DNA of 64,000 bases from Antedon mediterranea (taxonomy: Eukaryota; Animalia; Echinodermata): the NCBI RefSeq assembly GCF_964355755.1, contig NC_092676.1:11966571-12030570 (forward strand), in the 5' to 3' direction. A model generated the notes under the pieces. The model was not told where the DNA came from. It saw nothing but the letters and a program-made list of their open reading frames with translations, and did not search any database. Each line of letters starts with the position of its first letter. Within the stretch, counting starts at the first letter, position 1. Shown piece by piece: positions 13,601-26,700 of the stretch. A program made the position numbers and the translations under genes.

Positions 13601-16600
13601 GGGTCGATGTCTGTACGTTAAATCGAAGTCGATGCCTGTACGGTAAACCGGGTTCGATGTCTGTACGTAAAAACGTTGTCGATGTGTGTACCTCAAAATG
13701 GGGTCGATTTCTGTACGCCAAAACTAGGTCGATGTCTGTACGTAAAAACAGAGTCGATGTCTGTACGTAAAATCGAAGTCGATGTCGGTACGTAAAAACT
13801 AGGTCGATGTCTGTACGTAAAAACAGAGTCGATGTCTGAATGTCAAAACGGGGTCGATGTCTGTACGTCAAAACTAGGTCGATGTCTGTACGTAAAAACG
13901 GGGTTGATGGCTGTACGTAAAATAGGGATAGATGTCGTTACGTAAAATCGAGGTTGATATCTGTACATAAAATCGGGTCGATGTCTGTACGTAAAATCGG
14001 GGTCGATGTATGTACGTAAAATCGGGGTCGATGTCTGTACGTATAATCGAGGTTGATGTCTGTACGTAAAAACTTGGTCGATGACTGTACGTAAAATCGG
14101 GGTCGATGTCTGTACGTAAAATCGGGGTCAATGTCTGTACGTAAAAACTGGGTCAATCTCTGTACGTAAAATAGGGGTCGATGTCTGTACGTCAATACGG
14201 GATCGATGTCTGTTCGTGAAATCGGGGTCGTTGTCTTTACGTAAAATCGCTGTCGATGTATGTACGTAAAATCGGGTTCGATGTCTGTACGTAAAATCGG
14301 GTCGATGTCTGTACGTAAAATCGGGGTCGATGTATGTACGTAAAATAGGGATAGATGTCGGTAAATAAAATCGGGGTCGATGTCTGTACGTAAAATCGAG
14401 GTTGATGTCTGTACGTAAAAACTTGGTCGATGACTGTACGTAAAATCGGGGTCGATGTATGTATGTCAAACGATGTATGTACGTAAAATAGGGATAGATG
14501 TCTGTACGTAAAATCGGGGTCGATGTCTGTACGTAAAATCGAGGTTGATGTCTGTACGTAAAAACTTGGTCGATGACTGTACGTAAAATCGGGGTCGATG
14601 TATCTATGTCAAATCGGGTTCGATGTATGTACGTTAAATCGGGGTCGATGTCTGTACGTAAAATCGGGGTCGATGTCTGTACGTAAAAACTGGGTGGATC
14701 TCTGTACGTAAAATAGGGGTCGATGTCTGTACGTCAATACGGGATCGATGTCTGTTCGTGAAATCGGGGTCGTTGTCTTTACGTAAAATCGCTGTCGATG
14801 TATGTAAGTCAAAACGGGGTCGATATCTGTACGTTAAAACTAGGTCCATGTCTGTAAGTAAAATCGGGGTCGCTGTCTGTACGTAAAATTGAGGTCGATG
14901 TCGGTACCTAAAAACGGGGTCGATGTCTGTATGTAAAATCAGGGTCGATGTCTGTACGTAAAAACTAGGTCGATGTCTGTACGTAAAAACGGAGTCGATA
15001 TATGTACGTCAAAACTAGGTCGATGTCTGTTTGTAAAATCAGGGTCGATGTCTGTACGTAAAAACTAGGTCGATGTCTGTACGTAAAAACGGGGTCGATG
15101 TCTATACGTAAAATAGGGGTCGATGTCTGTACGTAAAATCGGGGTCAATATATGTACATAAAATCGGGGTTGATGTCTGTACGTTAAATCGGAATCGATG
15201 CCTGTACGGTAAATCGGGTTCGATGTATGTACGTTAAATCGGGGTCGATGTCTGAACGTAAAATCGGGGTCGATGTCTGTACGTAAAAACTGGATCGATC
15301 TCTGTACGTAAAATAGGGGTCGATGTATATATGTAAAATCGGGGTCGATGTATGTACGTAAAATAGGGATCCATGTCGGTACGTAAACTCGAGGTTGATG
15401 TCTGTACGTAAAAACTGGGTCGATGACTGTATGTAAAATCGGGTCGATGTCTGTACGTAAAATTGGGATCGATGTCTGTACGTAAAATCGGGGTCGATGT
15501 CTGTACGTAAAATCGGGGTCAATGTCTGTACGTAAAATCGGGGTCAATGTCTGTACGTAAAATCGGGGTCGATGTATGTACATAAAATCGGGGTCGATGT
15601 CTGTACGTAAAATCGGGGTCGATGTATGTACGTAAAATAGGGATAGATGTCGGTACGTAAAATCGGGGTCGATGTCTGTATGTAAAATCGATGTTGATGT
15701 CTGTACGTAAAAACTTGGTCGATGACTGTACGTAAAATCGGGGTCGATGTATGTATGTCAAATCGGGTTCGATGTATGTACCTTAAATCGGGGTCGATGT
15801 CTGTACGTAAAATCGGGGTCGATGTCTGTACGTAAAAACTGGGTCGATCTCGGTACGTAAAATCGGGGTCGATGTCTGTACGTCAATACGGGATCGATGT
15901 CTGTTCGTGAAATCGGGGTCGTTGTCTTTACGTAAAATCGCTGTCGATGTATGTAAGTCAAAACGGGGTCGATATCTGTACGTTAAAACTAGGTCGATGT
16001 CTGTATGTAAAATCGGGGTCGCTGTCTGTATATAAAATTGAGGTCGATGTCGGTACGTAAAAACGGGGTCGATGTCTGTATGTAAAATCAGGGTCGATGT
16101 CTGTACGTAAAAACTAGGTCGATGTCTGTACGTAAAATCGGGGTCGATGTCTGTACGTAAAAACTGGGTCGATCTCTGTACGTAAAATAGGGGTCGATGT
16201 CTGTACGTCAATACGGGATCGATGTCTGTACGTAAAATCGGGGTCAATGTCTGTACGTAAAATCGGGGTCAATGTCTGTACGTAAAATCGGGGTCGATGT
16301 ATGTACATAAAATCGGGGTCGATGTCTGTACGTAAAATCGGGGTCGATGTATGTACGTAAAATAGGGATAGATGTCGGTACGTCAAATCGGGGTCGATGT
16401 CTGTATGTAAAATCGATGTTGATGTCTGTACGTAAAAACTTGGTCGATGACTGTACGTAAAATCGGGGTCGATGTATGTATGTCAAATCGGGTTCGATGT
16501 ATGTACCTTAAATCGGGGTCGATGTCTGTACGTAAAATCGGGGTCGATGTCTGTACGTAAAAACTGGGTCGATCTCTGTACGTAAAATCGGGGTCGATGT

Positions 16601-19600
16601 CTGTACGTCAATACGGGATCGATGTCTGTTCGTGAAATCGGGGTCGTTGTCTTTACGTAAAATCGCTGTCGATGTATGTAAGTCAAAACGGGGTCGATAT
16701 CTGTACGTTAAAACTAGGTCGATGTCTGTAAGTAAAATCGGGGTCGCTGTCTGTATGTAAAATTGAGGTCGATGTCGGTACGTAAAAACGGGGTCGATGT
16801 CTGTATGTAAAATCAGGGTCGATGTCTGTACGTAAAAACTAGGTCGATGTCTGTACGTAAAATCGGGGTCGATGTCTGTACGTAAAAACTGGGTCGATCT
16901 CTGTACGTAAAATAGGGGTCGATGTCTGTACGTCAATACGGGATCGATGTCTGTTCGTGAAATCGGGGTCGTTGTCTTTACGTAAAATCTCTGTCGATGT
17001 ATGTAAGTCAAAACGGGATCGATATCTGTACGTTAAAACTAGGTCGATGTCTTTAAGTAAAATCGGGGTCGCTGTCTGTACGTAAAATTGAGGTCGATGT
17101 CGGTACGTAAAAACGGGGTCGATGTCTGTATGTAAAATCAGGGTCGATGTCTGTACGTAAAAACTAGGTCGATGTCTGTACGTAAAAACGAAGTCGATAT
17201 ATGTACGTCAAAACTAGGTCGATGTCTGTTTGTAAAATCAGGGTCGATGTCTGTACGTAAAAACTAGGTCGATGTCTGTACGTAAAAACGGGGTCGATGT
17301 CTATACGTAAAATAGGGGTCGATGTCTGTACGTAAAATCGGGGTCGATGTATGTACATAAAATCGGGGTTGATGTCTGTACGTTAAATCGGAATCGATGC
17401 CTGTACGGTAAATCGGGTTCGATGTATGTACGTTAAATCGGGGTCGATGTCTGAACGTAAAATCGGGGTCGATGTCTGTACGTAAAAACTGGATCGATCT
17501 CTGTACGTAAAATAGGGGTCGATGTATATATGTAAAATCGGGGTCGATGTATGTACCTAAAATAGGGATCCATGTCGGTACGTAAACTCGACGTTGATGT
17601 CTGTACGTAAAAACTGGGTCGATGACTGTACGTAAAATCGGGTCGATGTCTGTACGTAAAATCGGGGTCAATGTCTGTACGTAAAATCGGGGTCAATGTA
17701 TGTACGTAAAATTGGGGTCGATGTATGTACATAAAATCGGGGTCGATGTCTGTATGTAAAATCGGGGTCGATGTATGTACGTAAAATAGGGATAGATGTC
17801 GGTACGTAAATTCGGGGTCAATGTCTGTATGTAAAATTGATGTTGATGTCTGTACGTAAAAACTTGGTCGATGACTGTACGTAAAATCGGGGTCGATGTA
17901 TGTATGTCAAATCGGGTTCGATGTATGTACCTTAAATCGGGGTCGATGTCTGTACGTAAAATCGGGGTCGATGTCTGTACGTAAAAACTGGGTCGATCTC
18001 TGTACGTAAAATCGGGGTCGATGTCTGTACGTCAATACGGGATCGATGTCTGTTCGTGAAATCGGGGTCGTTGTCTTTACGTAAAATCGCTGTCGATGTA
18101 TGTAAGTCAAAACGGGGTCGATATCTGTACGTTAAAACTAGGTCGATGTCTGTAAGTAAAATCGGGGTCGCTGTCTGTACGTAAAATTGAGGTCGATGTC
18201 GGTACGTAAAAACGGGGTCGATGTCTGTATGTAAAATCAGGGTCGATGTCTGTACGTAACAACTAGGTCGATGACTGTACGTAAAAACGGAGTCAATATA
18301 TGTACGTCAAAACTAGGTCGATGTCTGTTTGTAAAATCAGGGTCGATGTCTGTACGTAAAAACTAGGTCAATGTCTGTTCGTAAAAATGGGGTCGATGTC
18401 TATACGTAAAATAGGGGTCGATGTCTGTACGTAAAATCGGGGTCGATGTATGTACATAAAATCGGGGTCGATGTCTGTACGTTAAATTGGAATCGATGCC
18501 TGTACGGTAAATCGGGTTCGATGTATGTACGTTAAATCGGGGTCGATGTCTGAACGTATAATCGGGGTCGATGTCTGTACGTAAAAACTGGGTCGATCTC
18601 TGTACGTAAAATAGGGGTCGATGTATATATGTAAAATCTGGGTCGATGTATGTACGTAAAATAGGGATCGATGTCGGTACGTAAACTCGAGGTTGATGTC
18701 TGTACGTAAAAACTGGGTTGATGACTGTACGTTAAATCGAAGTCGATGCCTGTACGGTAAATCGGGTTCGATGTCTGTACGTAAAAACGTGGTCGATGTC
18801 TGTATGTAAAATCGAGGTTGATGTCTGTATGTAAAAACTTGGTCGATGACTGTACGTAAAATCGGGGTCGATGTATGTACGTAAAATCGGGTTCGATGTC
18901 TGTACGTAAAATCGGGGTCGATGTCTGTACGTAAAATCGGGGTTAATGTCTGTACGTAAAATCGGGGTCGATGTATGTACATAAAATCGGGGTCGATGTC
19001 TGTACGTTAAATCGAAGTCTATGCCTGTACGGTAAATCGGGTTCGATGTCTGTACGTAAAAACGTTGTCGATGTGTGTACCTCAACATGGGGTCGATTTC
19101 TGTACGCTACAACTAGGTTGATGTCTGTACGTAAAAACAGAGTCGATGTCTGTACGTAAAATCGAAGTCGATGTCGGTACGTAAAAACTAGGTCGATGTC
19201 TGTACGTAAAAACAGAGTCGATGTCTGAATGTCAAAACGGGGTCGATGTCTGTACGTCAAAACTAGGTCGATGTCTGTACGTAAAAACGGGGTTGATGGC
19301 TGTACGTAAAATCGGGGTCGATGTCTGTACGTCAAATCGAGGTTGATGTCTGTACGTAAAAACTGGGTCGATAACTGTACGTAAAATCCGGTCGATGTCT
19401 GTACGTAAAATTGGGGTCGATGTCTGTACGTAAAATCGGGGTCGATTTCTGTACGTAAAATCGGGGTCGATTTCTGTACGTAAAAACTTGGTCAATGACT
19501 GTACGTAAAATCGGGGTCGATGTATGTACGTAAAATCGTGGTCGATGTATGTACGTCAAATCGGTGTGGCTGTCTGTACGTAAAATCGTGGTCGATGCCT

Positions 19601-20025
19601 GTACGTAAAAACTGGGTCGATGTTTGTACGTCAAAACGAGGTCGATGTCGGTACGTAAAACTAGGTCGATGTCTGTTTGTCAAAACGGGGTCGATGTCTG
19701 GCTGTACGTAAAATCGGGTCGATGTCTGTACGTAAAATCGGGGTCGATGTCTGTACGTAAAATCGGGGTCGATGTCTGTACGTAAAATCGAGGTTGATGT
19801 CTGTACGTAAAAACTTGGTCGATGACTGTACGTAAAATCGGGGTCGATGTATGTACGTAAAATCGGGTTCGATGTCTGTACGTTAAAACGGGGTCGATGT
19901 CTGTACGTAAAATCGGTGTCGATGTATGTACGTAAAAACTAGGTCGATGTCTGTACGTAAAAACGGGGTCGTTGTCTGCACTTAAAAACGGGGTCGATGT
20001 CGGTACGTAAATTCTGAGTAGATTT
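1642..20025 (+). repeat. 25-bp minisatellite/satellite array, ~18.4 kb (~730 units), consensus GTCGATGTCTGTACGTAAAATCGGG
   Basis: Tandem periodicity is directly visible. Identical spurious ORFs recur at fixed offsets (325, 349, 725, 1197, 1801, 2098, ~5400 bp), showing higher-order duplications. Confidence 0.99.
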
Positions 20026-20031
20026 CTGTTC

Positions 20032-20236
20032 GTTCCTATTAATCAAATAATCAACACAAAATTTCCTGGTATATTTATTGACGACAGACTTAACTGGAAA
20101 TCCCAGTTTCTAATTGTATTATATTATTTATATTTTATTATTTGTTTCGAGGAGCCTATTCACCACAAGCTTTGCTTTCTTTTAGGCTCCTCCACTTTAT
20201 ATTTATATATTTGTAAAGTGAAATAAATAAATGAAA
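20032..20236 (+). mobile_element. Non-LTR retrotransposon (CR1/L2/Crack/Daphne-like) remnant: RT C-terminal fragment joined to 3' UTR and tail
   Basis: 20032-20110 translates VPINQIINTKFPGIFIDDRLNWKSQF (cf. the KFLG..ID..L.W..H motif). A 3' hairpin gaggagccta (20149-58)/taggctcctc (20183-92) is followed by an aataaataaatgaaa tail. Confidence 0.7.
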
Positions 20237-20499
20237 CATTGCCGCCAAGCAAAACATGTTGATGCTCAACGCGTGACACACATGGGAAAATCTTTGTACT
20301 CACCACATTGACAACCAGCCATGATGGAAGGTGAACAATCGGCCCTGGTGCATTTTGGCCAGCATGCCAAAAAAATGTTTGTAAAAGAATGTGGTGGGAA
20401 AATGGAGATATTCGAGAAATGTGCTGAGGTACGTAAGGACAAATTTAAGCGTCTTGTGTTTCTTTCTTATTTTTTAGTATGTTTTCTTTTGTTATTTGT

Positions 20500-20850
20500 A
20501 ATTCCTCTAGTTGTTCCCATGCACTGACGTCTGTGACTTCATCTACAGACAATCCGTATATACCACCACTATCCTTTATTCTGTTTACAAGTTGTTGCTG
20601 AATGTCCTCTGACAGTTGAGCAATTGAGTTTTAGTGGTCTTAGAAATATAGCTGGCGTTTCGAGCGCAACTACTTAAATGGTCATTAAGCGACTCATCAC
20701 TTTCTGCCATAAGTCGCAGCAACTCCTTTAAATTGCCCATGTGTGTGTCTGTGAAGGCAAGAGGTGATCCACCATCACTGTGACCTCGTAGGGATATCCC
20801 TTGTCCTCCACAATACTCCAGTGAGTGCACGAATTACCGAAAACATTACG
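20500..20850 (-). pseudogene. hAT transposase fragment (DUF4371 / ZMYM1-THAP12-like), frameshifted
   Basis: LEYCGGQGISLRGHSD...GNLKELLRLMAESDESLNDHL...NASYISKTTKTQLL, then after a frameshift EDIQQQLVNRIKDSGGIYGLSVDEVTDVSAWEQL, matching the first catalytic Asp motif DE.TD.S..EQL. Confidence 0.85.
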
Positions 20851-20857
20851 CACGTAA

Positions 20858-21053
20858 TTACATACAGACATCGACCCCAATTTTACGTACAGACATCGAC
20901 TCGTTTTTAAGTAAAGAAATCGACCCGTTTTTAAGTACAGATATCTCCCAGTTTTTAAGTAAAGATATCTCCCCGTTTTTAAGTACAGATATCTCCCCGT
21001 TTTTAAGTACAGATATCTCCCCGTTTTAAGTGCAGATATCTCCCCGGTTTTAA
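20858..21053 (-). repeat. Inverted stub of the 25-bp satellite grading into a 24-bp variant (AAAAACGGGGAGATATCTGTACTT)
   Basis: The plus strand reads tacatacagacatcgaccccaattttacgtacagacatcgac (reverse complement of the main consensus), then (gtttttaagtacagatatctcccc)n. Confidence 0.9.
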
Positions 21054-21592
21054 AGGCCAGGTGCGGGCAAAACATTTCTATTGATCATACATTCCAATAA
21101 TTATCGATCTATAGCTTTCCCCATGTTTCATATTTTTTGGGATTTTATTTGTGTTACACAAGCTTGTTGAAAATAAGCACTTTCTTATCAGTGGGGGGAT
21201 AGTTCAAATTACACAGTAAAATCTCTATTCTTTTGTACACAAATGTTGTAAATAGAGAGGCATTTTAAAAAACTATTAAAAATAAACGGCGTTGTAAAAA
21301 ATGTTATCAGATGACTAAATATAGGTAATATATGTAAAACGAACTGTGGTCGAGCACGGACGTGTTTTGTTCGAGCTCTGTACTTCACTATTTTTCCTTG
21401 TTTTCGACTGAGCTGAATCTGGTCTAACTACAAACTTTGATGTTTATGATCTGTTTAAGACTGATCTGTTTATGATCTGTCTATGATCTGTTTGACTGGT
21501 GTTTGACTGTTTCGTGAGTTTTTCTGTGTTTTTCTGTTACATTAAAACACTAGCGTTGCACGTTATTCTAGGATTCTGAAACACCCGCTGTT

Positions 21593-23770
21593 GGGTCGAA
21601 ATTTGGCCATTTTTCGAAAAATTGGCCATTTTTCGAAAAATTGTTTAAAATTAAAAAATTATGCTATAATATTGCCATTTATGCAAATATGTTGTGCTAA
21701 CATCATCTTATAGAGCCATAGTAACTAGTTATGTCAAAAAATAAAAGGGTTGAAATTTGAGGGGGACCAAAGGATTTTTTTTGTCGAAAAATGGCAAAAA
21801 TTTTCCACTTTTTAAAATTAAATAATTATGCTATAATATTGCCATTTATGGACATATATTGTGTTAACATCATCTTATAGAGCCATAGTAACTAGTTATG
21901 TCAAAAAACAAGGCCAACAGCAATAAGTATCGTGCTCTCAGAAATAAATGAACTTTCAAAAAGTAATGTACTTTAAAACTTTTCTGTACATCAAAACAGT
22001 TCAAAAAGTACAGAAAAGCGATAAAACCCAAAGTGATACCGGACCAACAGACAGACCGATCGACCGACATAGTGAACTGTAGAGTCGCGTCCACGCGACT
22101 AATTAAAGGTTTGAAGTTTGGCCATTTTTCGAAAATTTCCCTGCGGGGACCATAGGAATTTTTCAAAAAATGGCAACAATTTCCAATATTATACTATAAT
22201 TAGGCTATAATATTGCCATTTATGCACATATATTGTGTTAACATCATCTTATAGAGCCATAGTAACTAGTTATGTCAAGAAATAAAAGGGTCGAAATTTG
22301 GGCATTTTTCGAAAAATTTCCCTGCGGGGGACCATAGGATTTTTTTTCGAAATAATGTCAAAATTTCCATTGTTTAAAATTTAAAAATTATGCTATAATA
22401 TTGCCATTTATGCAAATATATTGTGCTAACATCATCTTATAGGGCCGTAGTAACTAGTTATGTCAAAAAATAAAAGGATCGAAATTTGGCCATTTTTCGA
22501 CAATTTCCCTTTTTAAAATTCAAATATTATGCTATAATATTGCCATTTTTGCAAATATATTGTGCTGACATTATCTTATAGAGCCATAGTAACTAGTTAT
22601 GTCAAAAAATAAAAGGGTCAAAATTTGGCAATTTTTCGAAAATGTTCCTGCGGGACACCATAGGATTTTTTTTCGAAAAATGGCAAAAATTTCCACTTTT
22701 CAAAATTCGAAAATTATGCTATAATGTTGCCATTTATACAGATATATTTTGCTAACATTAACATAAATGTCCACCGTTTAAAATTCAATAATTGGCTATA
22801 ATATTGCCATTTATGCACATATATTGTGTTAACATAATCTTATAAAGCCATAGTAACGAGGTATGTCAAAAAATAAAAGGGTCGAAATTTGGCCATTTTT
22901 CGAAAATTTTCCTGCGGGGGACTATATAAATTTTTTCGAATAATGGCAAAATTTTCCACTTTTTCAAAATCAATAATTATGTTATGATATTTCCATTTAT
23001 GCACATATTGTGTTAACATCATCTTATAGAGACATAGCAGCTAGTTATGTCAAAAAAATAAAAGGGTCGAAAAATGGCAACATTTTCCACTCTTTAAGAT
23101 TAAATAAATATGCTATAATATTGCCATTTATACAGATATATTTTGCTAACATCATCTTATAGAGCCATAGTAACGAATTATGTCAAAAAATAAAAGGGTT
23201 GAAATTTGGCCATTTTTCGAAAATTTCCCTGCAGGAGACCATAGGAATTTTTTCGAAAAATTGACAAAATTTCCAATTTCTAAAATTCGAAAATTATGCT
23301 ATAATATTGCCATTTATGTACATATATTGTGCTAACATCATCTTATAGAGACATAGTAACTAGTTATGTCAAAAAATAAAAGGGTCAAAATTTGGCCATT
23401 TTCCGAAAATTTTCCTGCGGGCGTCCATAGGAATTTTTTTTTCGAAAATGGCCAAAATTTATACTTTCTAAAATTCAAAAATTATGCTATAATATTGCCA
23501 TTTATGCAAATATATTGTGCTAACATAATCTTATAGAGACATAGTAACTAGTTATGTCAAAAAATAAAAGGATCGAAATTTGGCCATATTCCGAAAATTT
23601 CCGGTTGGGGGACGACAGGATTTTTTTCGAAAAATAACCAAAATGTCTACCATTTAAAATTCAATAATTAGGCTATAATATATCCATTTTTCGAAAAATA
23701 ATCAAAATTTCCAGTTTTTTAAAATTCGAAAATTATGCTATAATATTGCCATTTATGCAAATATATTGTG
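21593..23770 (+). repeat. ~187-bp AT-rich satellite, ~12 units with several deleted monomers
   Basis: gctataatattgccatttatgc...catcttatagagccatagtaactagttatgtcaaaaaataaaagggtcgaaatttggcc recurs at mostly 186-188 bp spacing. Confidence 0.95.
21907..22102 (-). mobile_element. Short Helentron-associated (HINE/DINE-1-like) element inserted in the 187-bp satellite
   Basis: Interrupts the A-run of a monomer. It has a terminal hairpin agtcgcgt-cc-acgcgact (22083-22100), a GACC/GACA microsatellite, and GGCCTTGTT at the other end on the minus strand. Confidence 0.7.
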
Positions 23771-26700
23771 ATGTTTTTGTGTAACCAAGTTTCATCGCAA
23801 GGCACAAAATGGTCTAAAACGTCTCTAATGGTCTAAATGCGATTTGAAGCATTTCCAAGCACTTAGGTGTTTTTATGTTAAAAAGTTTTTTCGAAAATCA
23901 CAAAATGGTCTAAAAAATCTCCAAATGCGATTTGAAGCTATTCTGTGCACTTTGATGTTTTTGTGTAAAAAGTTTTATCGACACGCTCAAAATGGTTTAA
24001 AACAATTTCAAACACGGTATTAAGCTATTTTGTGCAATTTGATGTTTTTGTATGAAAAGTTTTATCGAAATGCACAAAATTGTCTAAAACCTCTCTAAAT
24101 GCGATTTGAAGCTATTTTGTACACTTTGATGTTTTTGTGTGAAAAGTTTTATCGAAATGCTCAAAATGCTCTAAAACGGTTTTAAATGTGATTTTAAGCA
24201 CTTTGATGTTTTTGTGTAACCAAGTTTCATCGAAATGCACAATATGGTCTAAAACCTCTCTAAATGCGATTTGAAGCTATTTTGTGCAATTTGATGTTTT
24301 TGTGTGAAAAGTTTTATCGAAATGCACAAAATGGTCTAAAACCTCTCTAAATGCGATTTGAAGCTATTTTGTACACTTTTATGTTTTTGTGTAAAAAGTT
24401 TTATCGAAATGCTCAAAATGCTCTAAAACGGTTTTAAATGTGATTTTAAGCACTTTGATGTTTTTGTGTAACCAAGTTTCATCGAAATGCACAATATGGT
24501 CTAAAACGTCTCCAAATGCGATTTGGAGATATTCTAAACACTTTGGTCTTTTTATGTTAACAAATCTTTTCGAAATGCACAAAATTTTCTAAAACGTCTC
24601 CAAATGCGATTTGAAGCATTTCTAAGCACTTTGGTGTTTTTATGTTAAAAAGTTTTTTCGAAAATGACAAAATGGTCTAAAACGTCAACAAATGCGATTT
24701 GAAGCTATTCTGTGCACTTTGATGTTTTTGTGTGAAAGGTTTTATCGACATGCTCAAAATGGTTTAAAACGATTTCAAACACGGTATTAAGCTATTTTGT
24801 GCAATTTGATGTTTTTGTGTGAAAGTTTTATCGAAATGCACAAAATGGTCTAAAACCTCTCTAAATGCGATTTGAAGCTATTTTGTACACTTTGATGTTT
24901 TTGTGTGAAAAGTTTTATCGAAATGCTCAAAATGCTCTAAAACGGTTTTAAATGTGATTTTAAGCACTTTGATGTTTTTGTGTAACCAAGTTTCATCGAA
25001 ATACACAATATGGTCTAAAACGTCTCCAAATGCGATTTGGAGATATTCTAAGCACTTTGGTGTTTTTATGTTAACAAATTTTTTCGAAACGCACAAAATG
25101 GTCTAAAACGTCTCCAAATGCGATTTGAAGCATTTCTAAGCACTTTGGTGTTTTTATGTTAAAAAGTTTTTTCGAAAATCACAAAATGGTCTAAAACGTC
25201 TCCAAATGCGATTTGAAGCTATTCTAAGCACTTCGATGTTTTTGTGTTAACAAGTTTTTTCGAAATGCACAAATTGGTCTAAAACGTCTCCAAATGCGAT
25301 TTGAAGCTATTTTGTGCACTTTGATGTTTCTGTGTGAAAAGTTTTATCTAAAATGCTCAAAATGGTCTAAAACGGTTTCAAATGTGATTATATGCACTTT
25401 GATGTTTTTGTGTAACCAAGTTTCATCGAAATGCACAAAATGGTCTAAAACGTCTCCAAATACGATTTGAAGCATTTTGGTGTTTTTATGTTAAAATGTT
25501 TTTTCGAAAATCACGAAATGGTCTAAACGTCTCCAAATGCGATTAGAAGCTATTCTGGGCACTTTGATGTTTTTGTGTCAAAAGTTTTATCGACATGCTC
25601 AAACTCGTCTAAAACGTCTTCAAACACGATATTAAGCTATTTTGTGCAATTTGAGGTTTTTTTGTGATAAGTTTTATCGAAATGCACAACATTTTCTAAA
25701 ACGTCTCTAAATGCGATTTGAAGCTATTTTGTACACTTTGATGTTTTTGTGTTAAAAGTTTTATCGAAATGCTCAAAATGCTCTAAAACGGTTTTAAATG
25801 TGATTTTAAGCACTTTGATGTTTTTGTGTAACCAAGTTTCATCGAAATGCACAATATGGTCTAAAACGTCTCCAAATGCGATTTGGAGATATTCTAAACA
25901 CTTTGGTCTTTTTATGTTAACAAATCTTTTTGAAATGCACAAAATGGTCTAAAACGTCTCCAAATACGATTTGAAGCATTTCTAAGCACTTTGGTGTTTT
26001 TATGTTAAAAAGTTTTTTCGAAAATCACAAAATGGTCTAAAACATCTCCAAATGCGATTTGAAGCTATTCTGTGCACTTTCATGTTTTTGTGTGAAAAGT
26101 TTTATCGACATGCTCAAAATGGTTTAAAACAATTTCAAACACGGTATTAAGCTATTTTGTGCAATTTGATGTTTTTGTGTGAAAAGTTTTATCGACATGC
26201 TCAAAATGGTATAAAACGTCTCTGAATGCGATTTGAAGCTATTTTGTGCACTTTGATGTTTTTGTGTGAAAAGTTTTATCGAAATGCTTAAAATGCTCTA
26301 AAACGGTTTTAAATGTGATTTTAAGCACTTTGATGTTTTTGTGTAACCAAGTTTCATCGAAATGCACAAAGTGGTCTAAAACGCCTCCAAATGCCTTTTG
26401 AAGATATTCTAAACACTTTGGTCTTTTTATGTTAACACATTTTTTCGAAATGCACAAAATGGTCTAAAACGTATCCAAATGCAATTTGAAGCTATTCTGT
26501 ACACCTTGATATTTTGTGTAACCAAGTTTCATCGAAATGCACAAAATGGTCTAAATCGTCTCCAAATGCGATTTGAAGCATTTCTAAGCACTTTGGTGTT
26601 TTTATGTTAAAAAGTTTTTTTCGAAATGCACAAAATGGTCTAAAACGTCTCCAAATGCCATTTTAAGATATTCTGTGCACTTTGATGTTTTTGTGTGAAA

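Noticed and set aside
1544-19711. Dozens of ORFs with TYRHRPRFYVQTSTPILRTDIDPDF repeats
   Set aside because: They are translations of the 25-bp satellite in rotating frames, with no unique domain or gene structure.
1642-20025. CRISPR-like short-repeat array
   Set aside because: Units are contiguous with no unique spacers, there are no cas genes, and the context is eukaryotic TEs.
21245-21592. Possible solo LTR with tgatctgt micro-repeats
   Set aside because: No partner LTR, TG...CA boundary pair or TSD could be established.
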